Numbered from the stretch's first letter, positions 24,901 through 36,895 are shown. The stretch: 64,000 nucleotides of DNA from an uncultured Acidobacteriota bacterium (GCA_963796275.1 CAWCKY010000007.1:960001-1024000); one strand, 5' to 3'. Notes: generated from the sequence alone by a model not told the origin. A program made the numbers and translations.

Positions 24901-27183
24901 CTATTGGGTGATGACAATTTCTCGTGCCGTCGTCTCTCGCCCTTGCGCGTCGACAACGTAGATAACGGTGCGGCCGGTTGAAAGCCCAGGTGGTAATTGG
25001 AAGCTGATCCGGTTTGACCCTTCCCACCAATGATCAGGTGGCGTAGAACCACCAGTGATCGTGTACGTCTTTACAAGCGTGCCGGTGGGAGAACCGGCAT
25101 ATTGCTCCACAATTACCTTATTTCCGCTATTCGTATGATTCCCACTATCTGAGAATCTGGTACCAGAGATAACTGCAACATCATTCTTACTGAACACGGT
25201 AGTGTTGGATACGGCATTCACGATGCCGTTCTTTGCTTTAAGGATTGGTGGGGGTGGATAGCCGCAGTTCTGCATTTGGCAGTTTTGCGATATTCCGATA
25301 GGCCAGTCGTTGGACTGTACATTTTGTGAGTCGGTGACATAAACGAGCGCCATACGATTGATCAAAATGTCGGTTGGCAATGTAACCTTGATCTGATTCG
25401 GCGATTGGAATGTCGGAGTGAGCACGTATGATTGCAGTGTGTTCCGGCCATCGATCTGTTCAATAAATATGGTATTTCCGGTGGCAGAAAATAGTTCGCC
25501 ATTTATCGTGATCTCATCTCCTGGATAATATTCGGTCAACTGATAAGGCCCCGCTTCAATAGAAGAAATCTTGGGACAAGTCGAGCACGTCAAATTGATA
25601 AGGATGCTGTTCGAGTCGATCGAGTTCGCGTCGGAGACGTATACGAGAGCAAGGCCGGGGCGTCGTGCGGGATTTATCGCCGCCCTGATTCGTGACGACG
25701 ATTGGCTGAGTATTCTACCAGTCAATCTCCTATTGCCCTGATCTAAATGTACGGTGTTGCCAGAGGGAGAGAAGGGATTGGCGGAACTCTGGCAGCAATC
25801 CGGACCGTAGATAGATAGTAGGCTGTCTGGATTGAGGTGAACTGGCCCGCCTCCTTGTTTGGAGTCGACCACGCCCGGAATTGATTCCGGCGGCGATGTA
25901 CGTAAGGCCGGACAGTTCGCGTGGACAGTTGCCTTTTGGTTATTTATGCGTTGCTGAAAAGTCGTAAAAGCCCTGGTTTGATTGAGCGACCCGTTGCGGA
26001 ATTTATAGAGACCAAATCCACCCCGGTCAGTAATGAATATCGGTGCATTATCGAGTATCTGCCACAAGATGACAAAGGAAGGGTGAAATGTTTCAGGGTC
26101 GAGTGGGTTCACTGCATCGAATATCTCATTGATGTAATTAGCGGTATTGCATTCGCCGTATATCTCCCGTGAAAAACCGAATTCGCCGATGATGAAGTTG
26201 GGTTGAGCTATCGTCGGACGAATAGATTTCACCTGGCTAAGCGCTATGTCGAGAGCCTTTTTTAGGACCATCTTGAGGCTGGCAGACGGATTATCAACTT
26301 TGACTGCCATGCTTCCCCAAGCGGAGTATGAGTAGTAATCGACGGTTACGTTTGGCGCAACATAATCAATCACACAGCGGTACTTATAGGGATCAGTAGT
26401 TAGCGGGTCTTCACCGGTTTGGGCTAATGTAGTTCCGCAAATCCGGCCATTCATCTCCACGGCATTGAATTCCAAACCGGAATAGAGCCTGGTTGTGCTG
26501 CTTGAATAGTCGGATCTGGCTAGAGCAACGCCGTCCGCTCTGGACTGAATCCAATCTCTATATGCGTCCCATGCGATTCTCTTATTCCTTACATGATCGA
26601 TCGCATTGTCTCCCTCCCAATTGAGAATTATGAAGGTCTTTCCAGCGAGGTTTGCATTGCTGAGCAAGTAAGCGCCCAATGCCCTGACTTCTTCTCTTTC
26701 GGCAGCATATTCGGCCGTTGTGAAGCCGTCAGCCCAGGCGTGGGCGTCATCGGCATTGGAATATGTCGTCAATAAATAATAATCGAAAGCTGGATTGGTA
26801 AATAGCGTATTGTAGGCAGCGTGTTGCGCGATCTGCGCCAGGGTGGCTCCCGACGGGAAATTTAGTTGATAGGATGTAGCCTGGCTCGGTCCCAGATAGA
26901 CGCGAATTGTGCGGCTCCCTGTTGCCTCGACTTTATCTGCACCATAGTTGAGTCGATCGCAGGGTGGAATGCAGGAAGGGGAGTCTATATTCCAATTATA
27001 GACTCCGAACCGCTGTGTCGTTGCGGTAGGAATAACAATTCCCTTCTCTACCGGAACAGTTCGGAATCGATTTTTTATTAAGTTGTAGTTGAGCAGGATC
27101 GCACACGCGAGGACAATCAGGAGGACGGCGATAGATATTGTTATTTTTTTTATCGAAATCCTGATGTCCTTTCTCGTTTGCAA
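24901..27183 (-). CDS. Anchored/secreted TIM-barrel (clan GH-A-like) protein with C-terminal IPT/TIG-like domains
   Basis: N-terminal TM; LNWEGDN and IIGEFG Glu motifs; repeated I.G..FS..GN.V and QS..QI...LP Ig-like units. Confidence 0.55.
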   Translation of the reverse strand: MQTRKDIRISIKKITISIAVLLIVLACAILLNYNLIKNRFRTVPVEKGIVIPTATTQRFGVYNWNIDSPSCIPPCDRLNYGADKVEATGSRTIRVYLGPSQATSYQLNFPSGATLAQIAQHAAYNTLFTNPAFDYYLLTTYSNADDAHAWADGFTTAEYAAEREEVRALGAYLLSNANLAGKTFIILNWEGDNAIDHVRNKRIAWDAYRDWIQSRADGVALARSDYSSSTTRLYSGLEFNAVEMNGRICGTTLAQTGEDPLTTDPYKYRCVIDYVAPNVTVDYYSYSAWGSMAVKVDNPSASLKMVLKKALDIALSQVKSIRPTIAQPNFIIGEFGFSREIYGECNTANYINEIFDAVNPLDPETFHPSFVILWQILDNAPIFITDRGGFGLYKFRNGSLNQTRAFTTFQQRINNQKATVHANCPALRTSPPESIPGVVDSKQGGGPVHLNPDSLLSIYGPDCCQSSANPFSPSGNTVHLDQGNRRLTGRILSQSSSRIRAAINPARRPGLALVYVSDANSIDSNSILINLTCSTCPKISSIEAGPYQLTEYYPGDEITINGELFSATGNTIFIEQIDGRNTLQSYVLTPTFQSPNQIKVTLPTDILINRMALVYVTDSQNVQSNDWPIGISQNCQMQNCGYPPPPILKAKNGIVNAVSNTTVFSKNDVAVISGTRFSDSGNHTNSGNKVIVEQYAGSPTGTLVKTYTITGGSTPPDHWWEGSNRISFQLPPGLSTGRTVIYVVDAQGRETTAREIVITQ

Positions 27184-27190
27184 ATAAGGG

Positions 27191-27970
27191 CTACAGGTTC
27201 TTCAGCCAAATATTGCGAAATTCTACCTTCATGGGAGGCCCGACGTGCATCTGAAACCCGAGCAATCCGCTCATCGCGCGACCAGCCGCATCGTCATCAA
27301 TCGCTTCAGCCATGAGGTGGCCGTTCAGAATGTGCGTCAGCACATTCCCGCGCGCGATGATGTGAAAATGATTCCAATCGTTGGCCTTGATCAGGCCTTT
27401 CAGTTCATCGCCCCCCAGTTTGGCGATCTGGCTCTTTTTGCTCGGCTGCAGACGTGTCATCTGGCCGCGGAGGGCGAGGAATCCGCGCCCCCGCTCTTCA
27501 TAAAGCTGTCCCGTATAAGTATTCTGAAAATCAATGTCCGCCTGGTAGCCTTTGAGTACCCACTTCCCGACATCTGGAAGCTCGATGCTGCGGTATTGTA
27601 TGCCGCTATTGGTCGAGTTAATGCGATACTCCAGTTTCAGTTCGAAATCCTTGGGTTGACCGGCTCGCCATATGAGAAAGGTATTGGATTTGAGAGGCTT
27701 TTCAGTTGTGCTCTCGCCGACGATCTCGCCGTTTTCGACACGCCAGTAAGCCGTATCTCCATCCCATCCCTCGAGCGATTTCCCATCGAAGATGGCTTCG
27801 AAACCGTTGTGATCATCCAAAGCCAGAGCCTCGATGCCCGGCCCGCGTCCGCCACCACGCGGTGGGCCCTGCGGAGAATTGGGAGTCAGCAAGGAGCGAC
27901 TGGAAACTATCGGAAAAGTCAGAAGCGTTATTGCGAGCAAAGTGGCGATAACCAAGATAGGATTTTTCAT
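27191..27970 (-). CDS. DUF1080 / 3-keto-disaccharide hydrolase family protein
   Basis: [35 protein letters not shown]; signal peptide from ATG 27970. Confidence 0.9.
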   Translation of the reverse strand: MKNPILVIATLLAITLLTFPIVSSRSLLTPNSPQGPPRGGGRGPGIEALALDDHNGFEAIFDGKSLEGWDGDTAYWRVENGEIVGESTTEKPLKSNTFLIWRAGQPKDFELKLEYRINSTNSGIQYRSIELPDVGKWVLKGYQADIDFQNTYTGQLYEERGRGFLALRGQMTRLQPSKKSQIAKLGGDELKGLIKANDWNHFHIIARGNVLTHILNGHLMAEAIDDDAAGRAMSGLLGFQMHVGPPMKVEFRNIWLKNL

Positions 27971-28002
27971 GACATTATTCTCGGAAAATGGTTTATCTGA
28001 AA

Positions 28003-29146
28003 CTATGACCTGACTTGCTCCCACTGGCGAGTCCTGGCTGACTTCAAGACAGCATCGGTTACGTGATCCGTCGCTAAAGCATCCCTGAATGTCGGAGACG
28101 CTGCTTTTCCTGATCCAATAGCTTCCAGGAAATCCGCGAATTGATGGATAAACGTGTGCTCATATCCGATCTGCAAGCCCGGCACCCACCAACGATTCAT
28201 GTATGGATGGTCTCCATCGGTCACATGGACGTTTCTCCATCCGCGCAATTTTCCTTCATCGCGGTGATCGAAGAATTGGATGCGGTGCAGATCGTGCAGG
28301 TCCCAGCTCGCCGAAGCATGCTCACCGTTGATTTCGAGAGTGTAGAGCGCCTTATGACCGCGCGCATAACGCGTAGCTTCGAACGTCGCGAGCGATCCAT
28401 TATCGAACCGGCAGAGAAAAGCGCTGGCATCATCGATCCCGACAGGCTCGACCTTGCCGGTCAAATTATGTTTTCTTTCTTTGATGAAGGTCTCGGTCAT
28501 GGCAACGACCTCCGAGATCGGCCCATTAAGCCACATTGCGGTATCGATGTTATGGGCCAGCAAATCACCGGTGACGCCGCTGCCGGCAACCCCCACATCG
28601 AGACGCCACAGCCCTTCGCCGCCTTGCGGCAATTCCTGCGAGATCGTCCAGTCCTGCAGAAATTTGGCCCGATAATGAAAAATCCTTCCGAAGCGTCCCT
28701 CATCGATCAGGTTTTTCAATAGCACCACAGCCGGCACACGGCGATAGTTGTACCAGACCATGTTGGCAACTTTGGCAGATTCGACCGCCTCCGTCATCGC
28801 AATGGCTTCTGCGGCGCTACGCCCCAACGGCTTTTCACACATAACCATCTTGCCGGCCTGCGCGGCGGCGACGGCTATTTCAGCATGTCGTATCGTTCGG
28901 ACTGGCGATATCTATCAAATCGATATCTTTGCGGTCGATCAGCTTACGCCAATCCGTCTCGATGGATTCATATCCCCAGTTAGCTGCAAAGGATTGCACG
29001 CGTTCGGGATTGCGAGCGCAAACGGCTTTCAACACGGCTTGATAAGGCAGATCGAAATACCGATTCCCCTGCAGGAACGCATTCGAGTGGGTACGCCCCA
29101 TGAATCCATAACCGACTAAACCGACGTTCAGATGTTTTTTGCTCAT
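28003..29146 (-). CDS. Gfo/Idh/MocA oxidoreductase (+1 frameshift near 28891)
   Basis: [10 protein letters not shown] Rossmann motif in ORF 28880..29290 joins the CEKP-containing ORF 28003..28848 after removing one base ([25 protein letters not shown]). Confidence 0.85.
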
Positions 29147-29232
29147 TACTCGCTCTAGTAGTAAGGGAGGATTCACCGCAAAATTAATAGATCGTTGCGG
29201 GGAATGCCTGGCTGTTCGTTTACTATCACGCT

Positions 29233-30288
29233 TCAGTTCCAACCGTGGGCATTTCTCACGGCAATCATCGTATTCAGGATGTTCCGCCACGTTTGCGGAT
29301 CCAACATCACTTCATTGGGGAACATACAGCCATCCCAGTTGATGTGCTGGTACTCTTTTGTAGGTTGGCCGCTCGCATCTCGCATCCACAGCCCGGCCGC
29401 GCGCACAATATCCATCTTGCCGTTCGGATCGTTCGGCAGACAGTGCCGTCCGGTCTTATCGTGTGAACCCGATCCTTTTACCGTGGCATCGTTCTGCGCT
29501 ACGTGAAAATCTTTCACCCACGGGCGGAGCCGGCTCGTCATCTGGCCCAGCGCTTCATAAAGCGTCCCATCATCGGACCAATCGTGGTTTTCCGGGAGAA
29601 TGCGATCAGCCGGCGCGTTGTAACCGAGAGTGAAGAGGAGCGTGTGCGCCATATCAGCCTGCATACCCAGCGTCTGCGGGCGGTCTACCATCTCGAGCAG
29701 TTCGGCCATCCGTTTCCAGCTGTGCATCCCGCCCCAGCAGATTTCGCCCTCCGCCGCAAGCTTCTCGCCATAACTCTCCGCTATATTGCAGGCTTCGCGG
29801 AAAGTGTCGGCTATCAACCTGGTATTTCCTTCCGGATCCGCAGCCCAATCGGCCGGGCTGCACGCCGAATCGATCCGCACTATACCGTAGCGGCGGATGC
29901 CCATCTCGCGGAGCTTCCTGCCGATCGCGCAGGATTTACGAACCTGTGTGAGAAAGCTTTTGCGCTCATCGGTTGATCCCATCGCCGAACCTCCGCCTGT
30001 GGGAGGCCATACCGGTGCGACGAGCGAGCCGATGACCAGGTTTCGCGCCGCAACCTGATCAGCCAGCAGTTTCAAATCGTCATCGGTAGAATCGATGTCC
30101 GTGTGCGGCAAGGAGAGGAAAATGTCTACGCCGTCAAAACGGATGCCGTCCACTTCCGCGGCCGCTGTGAGGTCGAGCATCGTCTCCAATTCGATAAAGG
30201 GTTCAGCACCCGGGCCGCCTTTTCCGACGAGTCCCGGCCAGGTTGCATTATGTAATTTAGGATATGCGTATTTGTTTTCAGTGCTCAT
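29233..30288 (-). CDS. Sugar phosphate isomerase/epimerase (xylose isomerase-like TIM barrel)
   Basis: [27 protein letters not shown] metal-ligand pattern. Confidence 0.85.
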   Translation of the reverse strand: MSTENKYAYPKLHNATWPGLVGKGGPGAEPFIELETMLDLTAAAEVDGIRFDGVDIFLSLPHTDIDSTDDDLKLLADQVAARNLVIGSLVAPVWPPTGGGSAMGSTDERKSFLTQVRKSCAIGRKLREMGIRRYGIVRIDSACSPADWAADPEGNTRLIADTFREACNIAESYGEKLAAEGEICWGGMHSWKRMAELLEMVDRPQTLGMQADMAHTLLFTLGYNAPADRILPENHDWSDDGTLYEALGQMTSRLRPWVKDFHVAQNDATVKGSGSHDKTGRHCLPNDPNGKMDIVRAAGLWMRDASGQPTKEYQHINWDGCMFPNEVMLDPQTWRNILNTMIAVRNAHGWN

Positions 30289-30367
30289 TGATATGTTCCT
30301 GATAATAGTTTTCAGTTTTTATACTTCAATAAATATCGGCGTCTGATTACTAAAACGGGAATCTTTG

Positions 30368-31120
30368 TCACTTCTCACCCAGGGCCTGGGCGATCGCCTT
30401 TTCCGCGAGTGGAGCCATAACAGCATAGCCGGCAGCATTCGGCAGCACTCCATCACTGGTAAGCTCCCTCTTCAGATTTCGTCCGTCTGCCATGGCCGAA
30501 TAGTAATCGAGATATACTGAGTCGCTCTGCGCTGCATACTCTTTCAACCATCCGTTGATCCCGATAATTTTTCCCTGCGGCCGGAGGGCCGTCTGTTTTG
30601 AAAAGCAGTCGCAGACCGGAGTGAGAGATGACAGGATAACTTTGATACCGTTCGCTTTTGCGAGTTCAACTATCGACATAAAGTTTTCCGCCATCATCCC
30701 CTGTGTGATCGGGCCGGTGACGCTCGCCAGATCGTTTGTGCCCGCCAGGATCACCACCACCTTAGGTTTCAATGCAATCACGTCCTGGCGGAAGCGTACG
30801 AGCAGCTGTGGAGTGGTCTGGCCCTGGATGCCGCGGTTAAAATAAGGCTTTCCCGGAAAGAACTTTGCGTCGCCGCGCCCCCAAAATTCCGTGATCTCGT
30901 CTCCTAAAAATACCACCCTTGCTTCTCCGCTCGCCGGCGAGGGAAGCTCAGTATTCTCGCTGCCGTACCGAATCAAGCCGGCCCAATCGACCAACAAATG
31001 CCTTTGTGCGGCCATCCGCTGTTCTAGCGCTGTGATGGTTGAAGTGCAGTCCGAAGCGGATTGCGAGGAAGTGAAAATAACCCCCAGACCGAGCAGGAGA
31101 TTGATAACCCGTATCTTCAT
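30368..31120 (-). CDS. SGNH/GDSL hydrolase-like exported protein (canonical Ser and His apparently replaced)
   Basis: VVFLGDEIT (GDS->GDE), NRGIQGQTT, LAGTND, DGVLPN (DxxH->DGVL). Confidence 0.8.
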   Translation of the reverse strand: MKIRVINLLLGLGVIFTSSQSASDCTSTITALEQRMAAQRHLLVDWAGLIRYGSENTELPSPASGEARVVFLGDEITEFWGRGDAKFFPGKPYFNRGIQGQTTPQLLVRFRQDVIALKPKVVVILAGTNDLASVTGPITQGMMAENFMSIVELAKANGIKVILSSLTPVCDCFSKQTALRPQGKIIGINGWLKEYAAQSDSVYLDYYSAMADGRNLKRELTSDGVLPNAAGYAVMAPLAEKAIAQALGEK

Positions 31121-31121
31121 T

Positions 31122-31634
31122 TTAAAAAGTGATGCGATCCTTCTTCGCCTCGATCTTTGCCGTGTCGACGCCGGGGACCTTTTTTAAATCTTCGATCGAT
31201 TGGAAATCACCGTGTTTTTTGCGGTACTGAATGATCATCGCAGCTTGTGAGCGCTTGAGCGACAATCCGCTCTCGAGGTCGATAGCATCCGCTTTGTTTA
31301 CGTTGATCTTCGGAACGTCATCAGCTGGGAAGTTCTTTACCAGATACTCGATGACTGCATTCAATTCCTCATCGGTGCCTTTCGCGCCAAGGGCCACCAT
31401 CTTGTCCACGGTCCGCTGCCAGCCTACCCGATCCTGATTAACGGAGAAAGACTTTTCCAGCTCGTGGCATCTAGCGCAGATTTTCTGCGTCGCTTCCTTA
31501 CCGGGACCGTCCGGTATAGGCCTACCCTGCCATGCCGCAGAAGGCGTCCACGCCGCGACCGTGAAAAACGTGATGACCGCAAGAAACAGAGCTCTACCTA
31601 AATTTCCTTTGAGAGAAGTAGTAAGTGAATACAT
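31122..31634 (-). CDS. Cytochrome c + helix-hairpin-helix (ComEA-like) fusion protein
   Basis: Signal peptide, CARCH with W..TVDKM, then INVNKA...[23 protein letters not shown]. Confidence 0.8.
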   Translation of the reverse strand: MYSLTTSLKGNLGRALFLAVITFFTVAAWTPSAAWQGRPIPDGPGKEATQKICARCHELEKSFSVNQDRVGWQRTVDKMVALGAKGTDEELNAVIEYLVKNFPADDVPKINVNKADAIDLESGLSLKRSQAAMIIQYRKKHGDFQSIEDLKKVPGVDTAKIEAKKDRITF

Positions 31635-31682
31635 AATCTGAGTTACACGTTTGCTTTATATATGCCTGGTGAAAATCTTTCC

Positions 31683-33401
31683 TCAGTGTTCCATGGGAAA
31701 CCCGAAAGCATACAGAGTGCCGTCGTACGTCCCCACATAAAGCTGCCCGCCGCCGCCTGACAACGCACTGCCGCGCACGAATGATGTTATCGTCCTGCCG
31801 CTGCTCCACAACTGTTTACCCGTCATACCGTCCAGGGCGTATAAAACCGCGGGCGTCGACCGCCTCGCGCGCTGTGCCGCTGTTATTTTGCTGTCGTTGG
31901 GACGGAACTCGCCGCTGGAGACCGCGAATACAATACCGTTGATTATCGTCGGAGGCAGAGGCGATGTAAGATCGCGCGATACCCATCCGGGCTGCAACGT
32001 CGGGGCGCCATCCTGCTCCACTACCTTCCAGGTCAGAATCGCACCATTCGTAACGGTGCCGTTAGCCGGCGAGAAACCCGCATCAGCGGCCACCGGGCCC
32101 GCTATCGGCGCAAGCAGCCAACGAGTACCGTCGGAAGACTGCCAGCTTGAAAGTGCGCGTGGGGCGACGTCAGCACCCTTCGGAGCCGCCGGCGACGCCG
32201 GCGAATAAGCCGGCGTTTGGTAGAGTGGCGTCTTCAGATCGGCGCCATCCTCCAGGGTCGAACTATCCAGCAGATGGACACGACCATCTTTGGTGGTCGC
32301 GGCGATCAGGACTCTTCCTTTATATGCGAAGATTACCGGCGTGGAGGTGAATTCATCAGAACCCGGACTGTATTTCCCCTTCACCTTGAGCGTCCCCGGT
32401 TCAAGCGCTACCAGCGATACGGGCGACTCTTCACCGGCTCCCGTCGTTACGTAGATCGTTCCATCGGCGCCGAATGCGGGACCAGCTGAACCGGATACGT
32501 CGGCTTTCCAGGAGGTAACCTCCTTCGTAGCGAGGTCGAGCGACCACACGCCGTTCGGTACGCCACCGCAGTTCTGGCTGGTTACGACGTAAGCGAAATT
32601 ATCGATGACCGTAAGGCCATAAGCGTTGGCATTGGGCGGGAGGAATTTCACCGGCGGTTGGTAATTTGCGCCATTCGACAGATGCATTGCGTGCAGCATC
32701 CCATCGCTCGACAGAGCGTAGATTAGAAAAGGTCCTGCCCCTAAAGGGTTACTACTCGGCGCCGGTGGTGTTGTGCGTGTCCGCGGGGGTGTTGGGGGCC
32801 GCTGTGGTGTGGGTGGCCGTGGTGCTGGAGGTGGAACGAGTGCAAGAGTTACCGCTCCCTGACCCGCTTCACCGACGGCGCTGCGCGCAGGATTTCTACG
32901 CCCGCCTTGTCCTCCACCTCCGGCAGGCATGGATAGAATAGCGGTACCGGTGGGTCGCGTTACATTGGCAGTCATACCCCCGGGACAACCCGGAGTGCCG
33001 ACTTGCGACGGGACGCCTTGCCCGCCACCCGAAGATAAAAGCTTCTGCCACTCCAACCGTCCGAGATCGCTATCTATTACAAAGATGCCATCGGCACTGC
33101 CTCCGACGAATGCCAGGGCCCGAAATCCGCGATATCCGATCAGAAGATCGAGAAGTGCAGGGGGCGTCAGCGAGTTCAACTGTTTCGAGTCGTTTTTTAG
33201 CTTGAGCTTCCAAAGAAACTTGAAACCCGGTTTCTGCATGCTCTCTCTTGAAATCTTCGCGTCCGCCCTGACCCAGGAAGAACGCTGCGCATCGCCATTG
33301 CTCGTCATCCAGTCGGTGGGACCACGTCCCTGCGCTTTTGCATCACTCGTCCCTGCAATTACACAGACGGCACAGATAATGATTTCAGTAAGTCTCCTCA
33401 T
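31683..33401 (-). CDS. PQQ-type beta-propeller exported protein
   Basis: DWMTSNGDAQRS, LYALDGMTGKQLW, LYVGTYDGTLYAF; Pro-rich insert; paralog of 33585..35201. Confidence 0.8.
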   Translation of the reverse strand: MRRLTEIIICAVCVIAGTSDAKAQGRGPTDWMTSNGDAQRSSWVRADAKISRESMQKPGFKFLWKLKLKNDSKQLNSLTPPALLDLLIGYRGFRALAFVGGSADGIFVIDSDLGRLEWQKLLSSGGGQGVPSQVGTPGCPGGMTANVTRPTGTAILSMPAGGGGQGGRRNPARSAVGEAGQGAVTLALVPPPAPRPPTPQRPPTPPRTRTTPPAPSSNPLGAGPFLIYALSSDGMLHAMHLSNGANYQPPVKFLPPNANAYGLTVIDNFAYVVTSQNCGGVPNGVWSLDLATKEVTSWKADVSGSAGPAFGADGTIYVTTGAGEESPVSLVALEPGTLKVKGKYSPGSDEFTSTPVIFAYKGRVLIAATTKDGRVHLLDSSTLEDGADLKTPLYQTPAYSPASPAAPKGADVAPRALSSWQSSDGTRWLLAPIAGPVAADAGFSPANGTVTNGAILTWKVVEQDGAPTLQPGWVSRDLTSPLPPTIINGIVFAVSSGEFRPNDSKITAAQRARRSTPAVLYALDGMTGKQLWSSGRTITSFVRGSALSGGGGQLYVGTYDGTLYAFGFPMEH

Positions 33402-33584
33402 CTCAAGGAACTCCTTCGGTATAATTTCTATCCAACGTTGTTTAATCGTTTGTTGTGATTTCACGCTCCAGCGCATCCAGGCGATTGTTGAGATCGTTCA
33501 GCGAAGACCTCGCTGCATCCAGGTCCGCCTAGTTTCCAGTTTAGGGTGAGCTTGACTGGAAACTGAGGGCTAGCATTTTAACTG

Positions 33585-35201
33585 CTACTGGGCTGAACTA
33601 TCGGCGGCGCTCTTTATGCCGAAACAATACTGCATCCCGTCGAACGTGTTGAGGTAGACCTTACCGTTTGCCATAGAGAGTCCACCCCAGTGACTCCAGG
33701 ACGCGATGTCATCGCCGCTCGACCACAGCTCCTTGCCGGTCTGGGCATCCAGCGCATACAAAATCGCGTGAGACGAGTTCTTGATGCGGTTTTCCGCGGA
33801 GTTGTAGGCGAGTCCGATGTCGAAAGCGGCCTGATCCGTGTCTTCCCCATTGCCGTAGGCAAACACGATTCCATTGGCGATCACCGGCGGCTCAGCATGA
33901 TTCATGTCGCGCGAGAGCCACGCCGGAGCCAGATTCAACTTGCCGTTCTTCTCGTCGACTTTGAAGGCGGCTATCGCACCATACTTGATCGGACCGTGTT
34001 CGATCGGGGCCTTGAACTTCGAATGCTTCGGCCCCCAGAATGGCGTCAGCACCCAGCGCGTCCCTCTCGCATCTTCCCAGGTCGCCATCGATCCCCAGAT
34101 GCCCGCCGACGCGAAGTTGACCTCCTCATTGCAGATCAGCGGCGTGCGGTGCAGAGGCGAGCGGTGGTCATCTCCTCCGATCGATTCCGTATCCATCAGA
34201 TAGACCACGCACTCCTTGCCCGCATCAACCATCAGTTCCCTACCCTTGTAATTGAATATCGCAGGCGTGACTTGCATATCCAGATCGCGCTTGAAGAGCC
34301 ACTCGGCATTGGAAGGCCCATAATAATCGACCAGTTTCGCTGCTTTCGTCTCGGAATCCTGTTTTACCCCGATGATTCCATTTCCGAAAATCCCGTTCTC
34401 GGGATCCCACCGCCCATCGCCTGTGCCTGTGTACATTACGCCCTGGCTGCTGATCGCGGGGCCTGTCCGTCCCCACATCCCCCCGCCCGCCGGTCCCCAG
34501 GAACCGACCTTATCCGTGGCCAGATCGTAGATGTAGACCATGTTCGGATTCCCGCCGCAGCCCTGCGCGGTGTGCGTATAGATCACGTTGTTGAGCAGAT
34601 TCAGCGCGTATGGCTTCCCATTCGGCGGCATGAATTTCGCGGGCGGCGCGATCTCTTCTCCGTCGGCGATGTTCAACCGTCGCAAGGTCCCGTCCCATGC
34701 GGCAGCGTAGATCGTATATTTGCCCGGTGTGCCCGCAGGGCCAATTACAGGCGTCGCGGTGATGCCGCCTGGACACAGCACATACGGAGCCCTGCCGCCA
34801 ACCGGTGGAGTCCAGGTACTCTCGAAATGCTTTTTCCAGAGAAGCTGGCCGGTATCGGCATCTATCGCGTAAATGTTGTCCGAGACGCCCGTCACGATGG
34901 CGATCTGTTTCGGGCCATCTTTGGTTTCGACGCGGCCGGCAATGAGCACCGGCAACAAGTTGTGCATTTGTCGAGGCTCGTTGTCCAGCTTGAGCTTCCA
35001 TAGCAACTTCATGCTTTTGACATTGGCTGTGGTCAGGATCTTTTCCTCCTTTTGCCAGGCGGTCCGCTGCGTGTCTCCGCCGTCGGTGAGCCAATCAGCG
35101 ATTTTTCCGCCTTGCGCCAGATGAGGTTGGTTCCAGACCGCTATGCATCCTAGTAACAACAGCAACAGTCCGATGACTTTAGCTGATATTCGATAGTTCA
35201 C
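33585..35201 (-). CDS. PQQ-type beta-propeller exported protein
   Basis: [36 protein letters not shown]. Confidence 0.85.
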   Translation of the reverse strand: MNYRISAKVIGLLLLLLGCIAVWNQPHLAQGGKIADWLTDGGDTQRTAWQKEEKILTTANVKSMKLLWKLKLDNEPRQMHNLLPVLIAGRVETKDGPKQIAIVTGVSDNIYAIDADTGQLLWKKHFESTWTPPVGGRAPYVLCPGGITATPVIGPAGTPGKYTIYAAAWDGTLRRLNIADGEEIAPPAKFMPPNGKPYALNLLNNVIYTHTAQGCGGNPNMVYIYDLATDKVGSWGPAGGGMWGRTGPAISSQGVMYTGTGDGRWDPENGIFGNGIIGVKQDSETKAAKLVDYYGPSNAEWLFKRDLDMQVTPAIFNYKGRELMVDAGKECVVYLMDTESIGGDDHRSPLHRTPLICNEEVNFASAGIWGSMATWEDARGTRWVLTPFWGPKHSKFKAPIEHGPIKYGAIAAFKVDEKNGKLNLAPAWLSRDMNHAEPPVIANGIVFAYGNGEDTDQAAFDIGLAYNSAENRIKNSSHAILYALDAQTGKELWSSGDDIASWSHWGGLSMANGKVYLNTFDGMQYCFGIKSAADSSAQ

Positions 35202-35461
35202 TTGGGGACTCCCTTCAGATTACACGGAGGCACTCGCTTTTACGCCGGTCAACGTGTCCAGAGTTACAGCAATTGAAGCTATATTTTAAATTGAGTACCT
35301 ATTTGTTTCTTGTGCTGGCGTGAATTTATCCACCCATCGGTATGAAGTCAATGGGAAGAAAGGCAAATGACGAAGAGAAAGCACGCCTCGGAATTCAACA
35401 AAAAATTCCCGAAGAACAATAATGCCCGTTTTCCGGCATTATGCGGTTAGTATTTTCTTGA

Positions 35462-36895
35462 TTACTCGTCTCGATTGCGCAATTTACTGTTTTTATTTTC
35501 GTAGATGCGCGTCTCTTCGAATCCCTGCCTGGGCTTTGAGCCGCTACCGGCTCTTCCCGCTTCGCGCGATTCTCCCGACGCTGCTGGTGAAAATCGCGAC
35601 TTTTGATTGCTGCGCGATGGCGGCAGCTTTATCCCTTTTCGATTGGGAATCTGTGGCAACGGCGTCACCGGCCAGACTATTTTCGGGATGCCCCACCAAA
35701 GCCCTGCCAGTATCGCAAGCGCTATAGCAAACCGGGCCATCAGCCACAACAACTCTTTCCATTGCGCGCTTGGCGGCTGTGGGGCATCCGCGCGTTCCGT
35801 CACCAGCCTCATCTCCTCTCTCGCCATGGGCTTGTCCGGGGCGCAACCGGCCGCGGCGCGGCAATTCCAGGGAATGATGCCTTGCAGGAGTTTCCCGTCG
35901 AGCGTCTCGATCTGGACCTTGAAATTGAGCGATTTCAGCTCGCGATAGTCGCGGCGCCGGGTGAAGAACATGATGCCAATCTGTTCGGTCAGCGACTGCT
36001 TCGCTCCCGCCAGAAATTTGACCAGCGACTGAGTATCATCGGTACTCGAATACTGCTCTTTGTTCTCTCGCGGAAAGACCATTTCCCTCAGCGCGCTGGC
36101 GTCTATCCCGTCGCCTACGCCGATAGTGAATGTCTGAATGTTGGTCTCGTTGAGTTTCTCGATGACGTCATCCAGCTCATCTTTCCTCTGCAACACTTCG
36201 GGGTCATCTCCCGGTTTGACTTCATTCTTCCCATCGGTCAGAACGACGAGCATGTATTGCCGATCCGTATTTTTCAGCCTTTGCAGCCGGTTCAGCGCGA
36301 AAATGGTTGCGCTGTAGAGCGCCGTATTTCCGTCGCGCCGAGCCTGGAGCCGGTCGATCTGAGCCTCCACCTCTTCGCGCGTCTCCGCGAAAGTCGCGCC
36401 ATCGATCTTCGCTTTAACATCGTGGCTTTCGAACGGAGCGATAGCGATTCGGTCGCCGGGACGGAACCTGTCAACCAGAACGCGCGCGGCCTCCTTTGCC
36501 GCATCGAGACGGGTTCGTCCTCCCAGGTTGTTGGAAATCATGCTGCCGCTGAGATCGAACACCATCATTACATCCAGCTTGCCCTCAGTCGCACGGTTTG
36601 AAACTTTGAACGGAATGAAGTCTCTGCCTTCGCGGATGAAAAGCGAGCTGGCTTCGCGAACTTTGATCCTTTGCTGAAGCTCCGCGGCACTGCCGGGCAG
36701 TCTGATCTGGTCGGCGTTCGCAAACTTGAGTTCCGCGTGAAAGTACGGCCGTGGATCGTTCTCATCCTGCACGAGCAGTTCGACCCTTTCAGCCGGTCGA
36801 ATGTCCTGCGCTTTTTCGGTTCGACACCCAAAAGAACAGAGGGCGATGAGGCAAATGTGGAAGATCAGCAATTTTCTCGTATATTTGTCAAACAT
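35462..36895 (-). CDS. vWA-domain lipoprotein-like protein with C-terminal TM helix and basic tail
   Basis: Signal ending FGC; MIDAS DLSGS, GNTALY, VLTDG, FTIGVG; C-terminal TM. Confidence 0.85.
   Translation of the reverse strand: MFDKYTRKLLIFHICLIALCSFGCRTEKAQDIRPAERVELLVQDENDPRPYFHAELKFANADQIRLPGSAAELQQRIKVREASSLFIREGRDFIPFKVSNRATEGKLDVMMVFDLSGSMISNNLGGRTRLDAAKEAARVLVDRFRPGDRIAIAPFESHDVKAKIDGATFAETREEVEAQIDRLQARRDGNTALYSATIFALNRLQRLKNTDRQYMLVVLTDGKNEVKPGDDPEVLQRKDELDDVIEKLNETNIQTFTIGVGDGIDASALREMVFPRENKEQYSSTDDTQSLVKFLAGAKQSLTEQIGIMFFTRRRDYRELKSLNFKVQIETLDGKLLQGIIPWNCRAAAGCAPDKPMAREEMRLVTERADAPQPPSAQWKELLWLMARFAIALAILAGLWWGIPKIVWPVTPLPQIPNRKGIKLPPSRSNQKSRFSPAASGESREAGRAGSGSKPRQGFEETRIYENKNSKLRNRDE

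Noticed and set aside
33690-36601. Plus-strand ORFs 33690..35003 (437 aa) and 35603..36601 (332 aa)
   Set aside because: Antisense to well-supported PQQ-propeller and vWA genes; no recognisable domains
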